A stretch of DNA of 64,000 bases, from positions 1,260,777 to 1,324,776 of the forward strand of contig OY282458.1 of the NCBI GenBank assembly GCA_958296245.1. The letters are read 5' to 3'. Source of the DNA: an uncultured Dehalococcoidia bacterium (lineage in GTDB: Bacteria > Chloroflexota > Dehalococcoidia > Lucifugimonadales > G958296245). The position numbers were made by a program, and so were the translations under genes. Below are positions 63,292 through 64,000 of the stretch, in pieces; within the stretch, counting starts at the first letter, position 1, and each line of letters begins with the position of its first letter. The notes under the pieces are model-generated. The model was not told the origin of the DNA. It worked only from the letters and a program-made list of their open reading frames with translations, and ran no database searches.

Positions 63292-64000
63292 GCGTTATCC
63301 CTTGCCGGAAGAACATTAAACTCCGAGAAAAAATCGAGGAATTTGCCGAGATACTGAAGTCCGAGTCACACAAACTCGGTAGTCACGGCCTGGATGAACA
63401 GGATTTCTACAATAGCGGCTTGTTCAGAGGCACCATTGAGCGTATCCGCGGTCAGTTCTCCGCGACTATGCGCGAGAAGCGCGAATTCGCTCATTCCATC
63501 CTCAACTACATGCAGGATCAAGGCTTCATTGGTGAGTGGAAGTCTGCGGGCGAATCCAATAGGCATGACTACACCGTGCAGTTGGAAACCGGTCGACAAG
63601 CCGTGATTGAATTAAAGGGATGTCTCGACGGGAACAATACGAACATCTTTGAGCGTCCACCTCATGCTAATGAGTTTATCATTTGGAGCATATGCACCAA
63701 TCCCGGAGCCGACCCTAGGCACAACGCGTGGTCTGGCATCCACACCAGACTGAGCGCAGAGATCATTTCGCGCCAACAGCGAGTAGACGGCATCGTCATC
63801 TGGGACATGGTCTGCGGAACCATGGGCCGGCCGTGTCCCAAGTTGGACGATAACTCAGATAGGCTAACTGAGGTAGAGCCATTCTCGTTGCCGCCACCCT
63901 GTCTATATCTGTTGCCTGCGACCATTCCGAGCCCAAGGAATAATCCTCGTCCGCCGCCACAATCCCTTGAAGACGTTCGGATCATGCAAGCCTTCAGCGA
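63288..64000 (+). CDS. Putative type II restriction endonuclease (PD-(D/E)XK-like), 3' end outside window
   Basis: Not in the ORF track because it is open-ended. My translation MSVIPCRKNIKLREKIEEF...NRHDYTVQLETGRQAVIELKGC... has no stop to nt 64000. ATGA overlap with the dcm stop. Candidate D-x16-ELK motif. Confidence 0.5.
   Translation, partial: MSVIPCRKNIKLREKIEEFAEILKSESHKLGSHGLDEQDFYNSGLFRGTIERIRGQFSATMREKREFAHSILNYMQDQGFIGEWKSAGESNRHDYTVQLETGRQAVIELKGCLDGNNTNIFERPPHANEFIIWSICTNPGADPRHNAWSGIHTRLSAEIISRQQRVDGIVIWDMVCGTMGRPCPKLDDNSDRLTEVEPFSLPPPCLYLLPATIPSPRNNPRPPPQSLEDVRIMQAFS

Overview
This is a high-GC bacterial chromosomal segment; spot counts of single 60-nt lines give about 65-70% G+C in core genes. 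I call about 57 protein-coding genes, one 5S rRNA with its own promoter and no adjacent 23S, and one tRNA-Lys(CUU). All family assignments come from motif reading by eye and memory; no searches were run.

The core content is catabolic and housekeeping. It includes three enolase-superfamily paralogs, four Gfo/Idh/MocA oxidoreductases, two PhyH dioxygenases, a DapA-like aldolase, D-aminoacylase, glcDEF, aroC, gltX, holA, ychF, manC, a galE-like epimerase, an O-antigen-ligase-like gene, two MFS transporters, and two paralogous DUF1501/(DUF1800)/NHL clusters. This mix suggests a marine Chloroflexota/SAR202-like heterotroph, which is a low-confidence inference.

Accessory content:
1. A composite defence island fills nt 1-10,200. 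In order it holds an MTase C-terminus, a RelE/ParE toxin, and a small DUF2924/DUF4357-like ORF. A 5.7-kb cassette bracketed by ~105-bp direct repeats follows. The cassette carries an OLD/PtuA-type ABC ATPase, a PD-(D/E)XK-like mini-protein, DUF5131, a low-GC 671-aa GNAT-PIN-unknown-ASCH protein, and an overlapping small ASCH gene. A 1164-aa PLD-SNF2 fusion closes the island.
2. A lower-GC R-M island lies at 51.0-52.8 kb: a beta-class DPPY MTase plus a MutH/Sau3AI-like nuclease.
3. A second R-M module starts at 62.1 kb (Dcm plus an unrecognised PD-(D/E)XK-like ORF) and runs off the window.
4. Two secreted plant-type LRR proteins are tandemly duplicated and differ by exactly six 72-bp repeats.

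The best candidate for an undescribed system is the GNAT-PIN-ASCH + ASCH gene pair (3996-6640). The neighbouring ATPase/nuclease pair (835-2851) is the second candidate.

Other oddities:
- A ~100-nt structured intergenic repeat
- A G10 tract inside the O-antigen-ligase-like gene
- An IscA homolog with a Gly/Cys repeat tail
- holA without a canonical start codon
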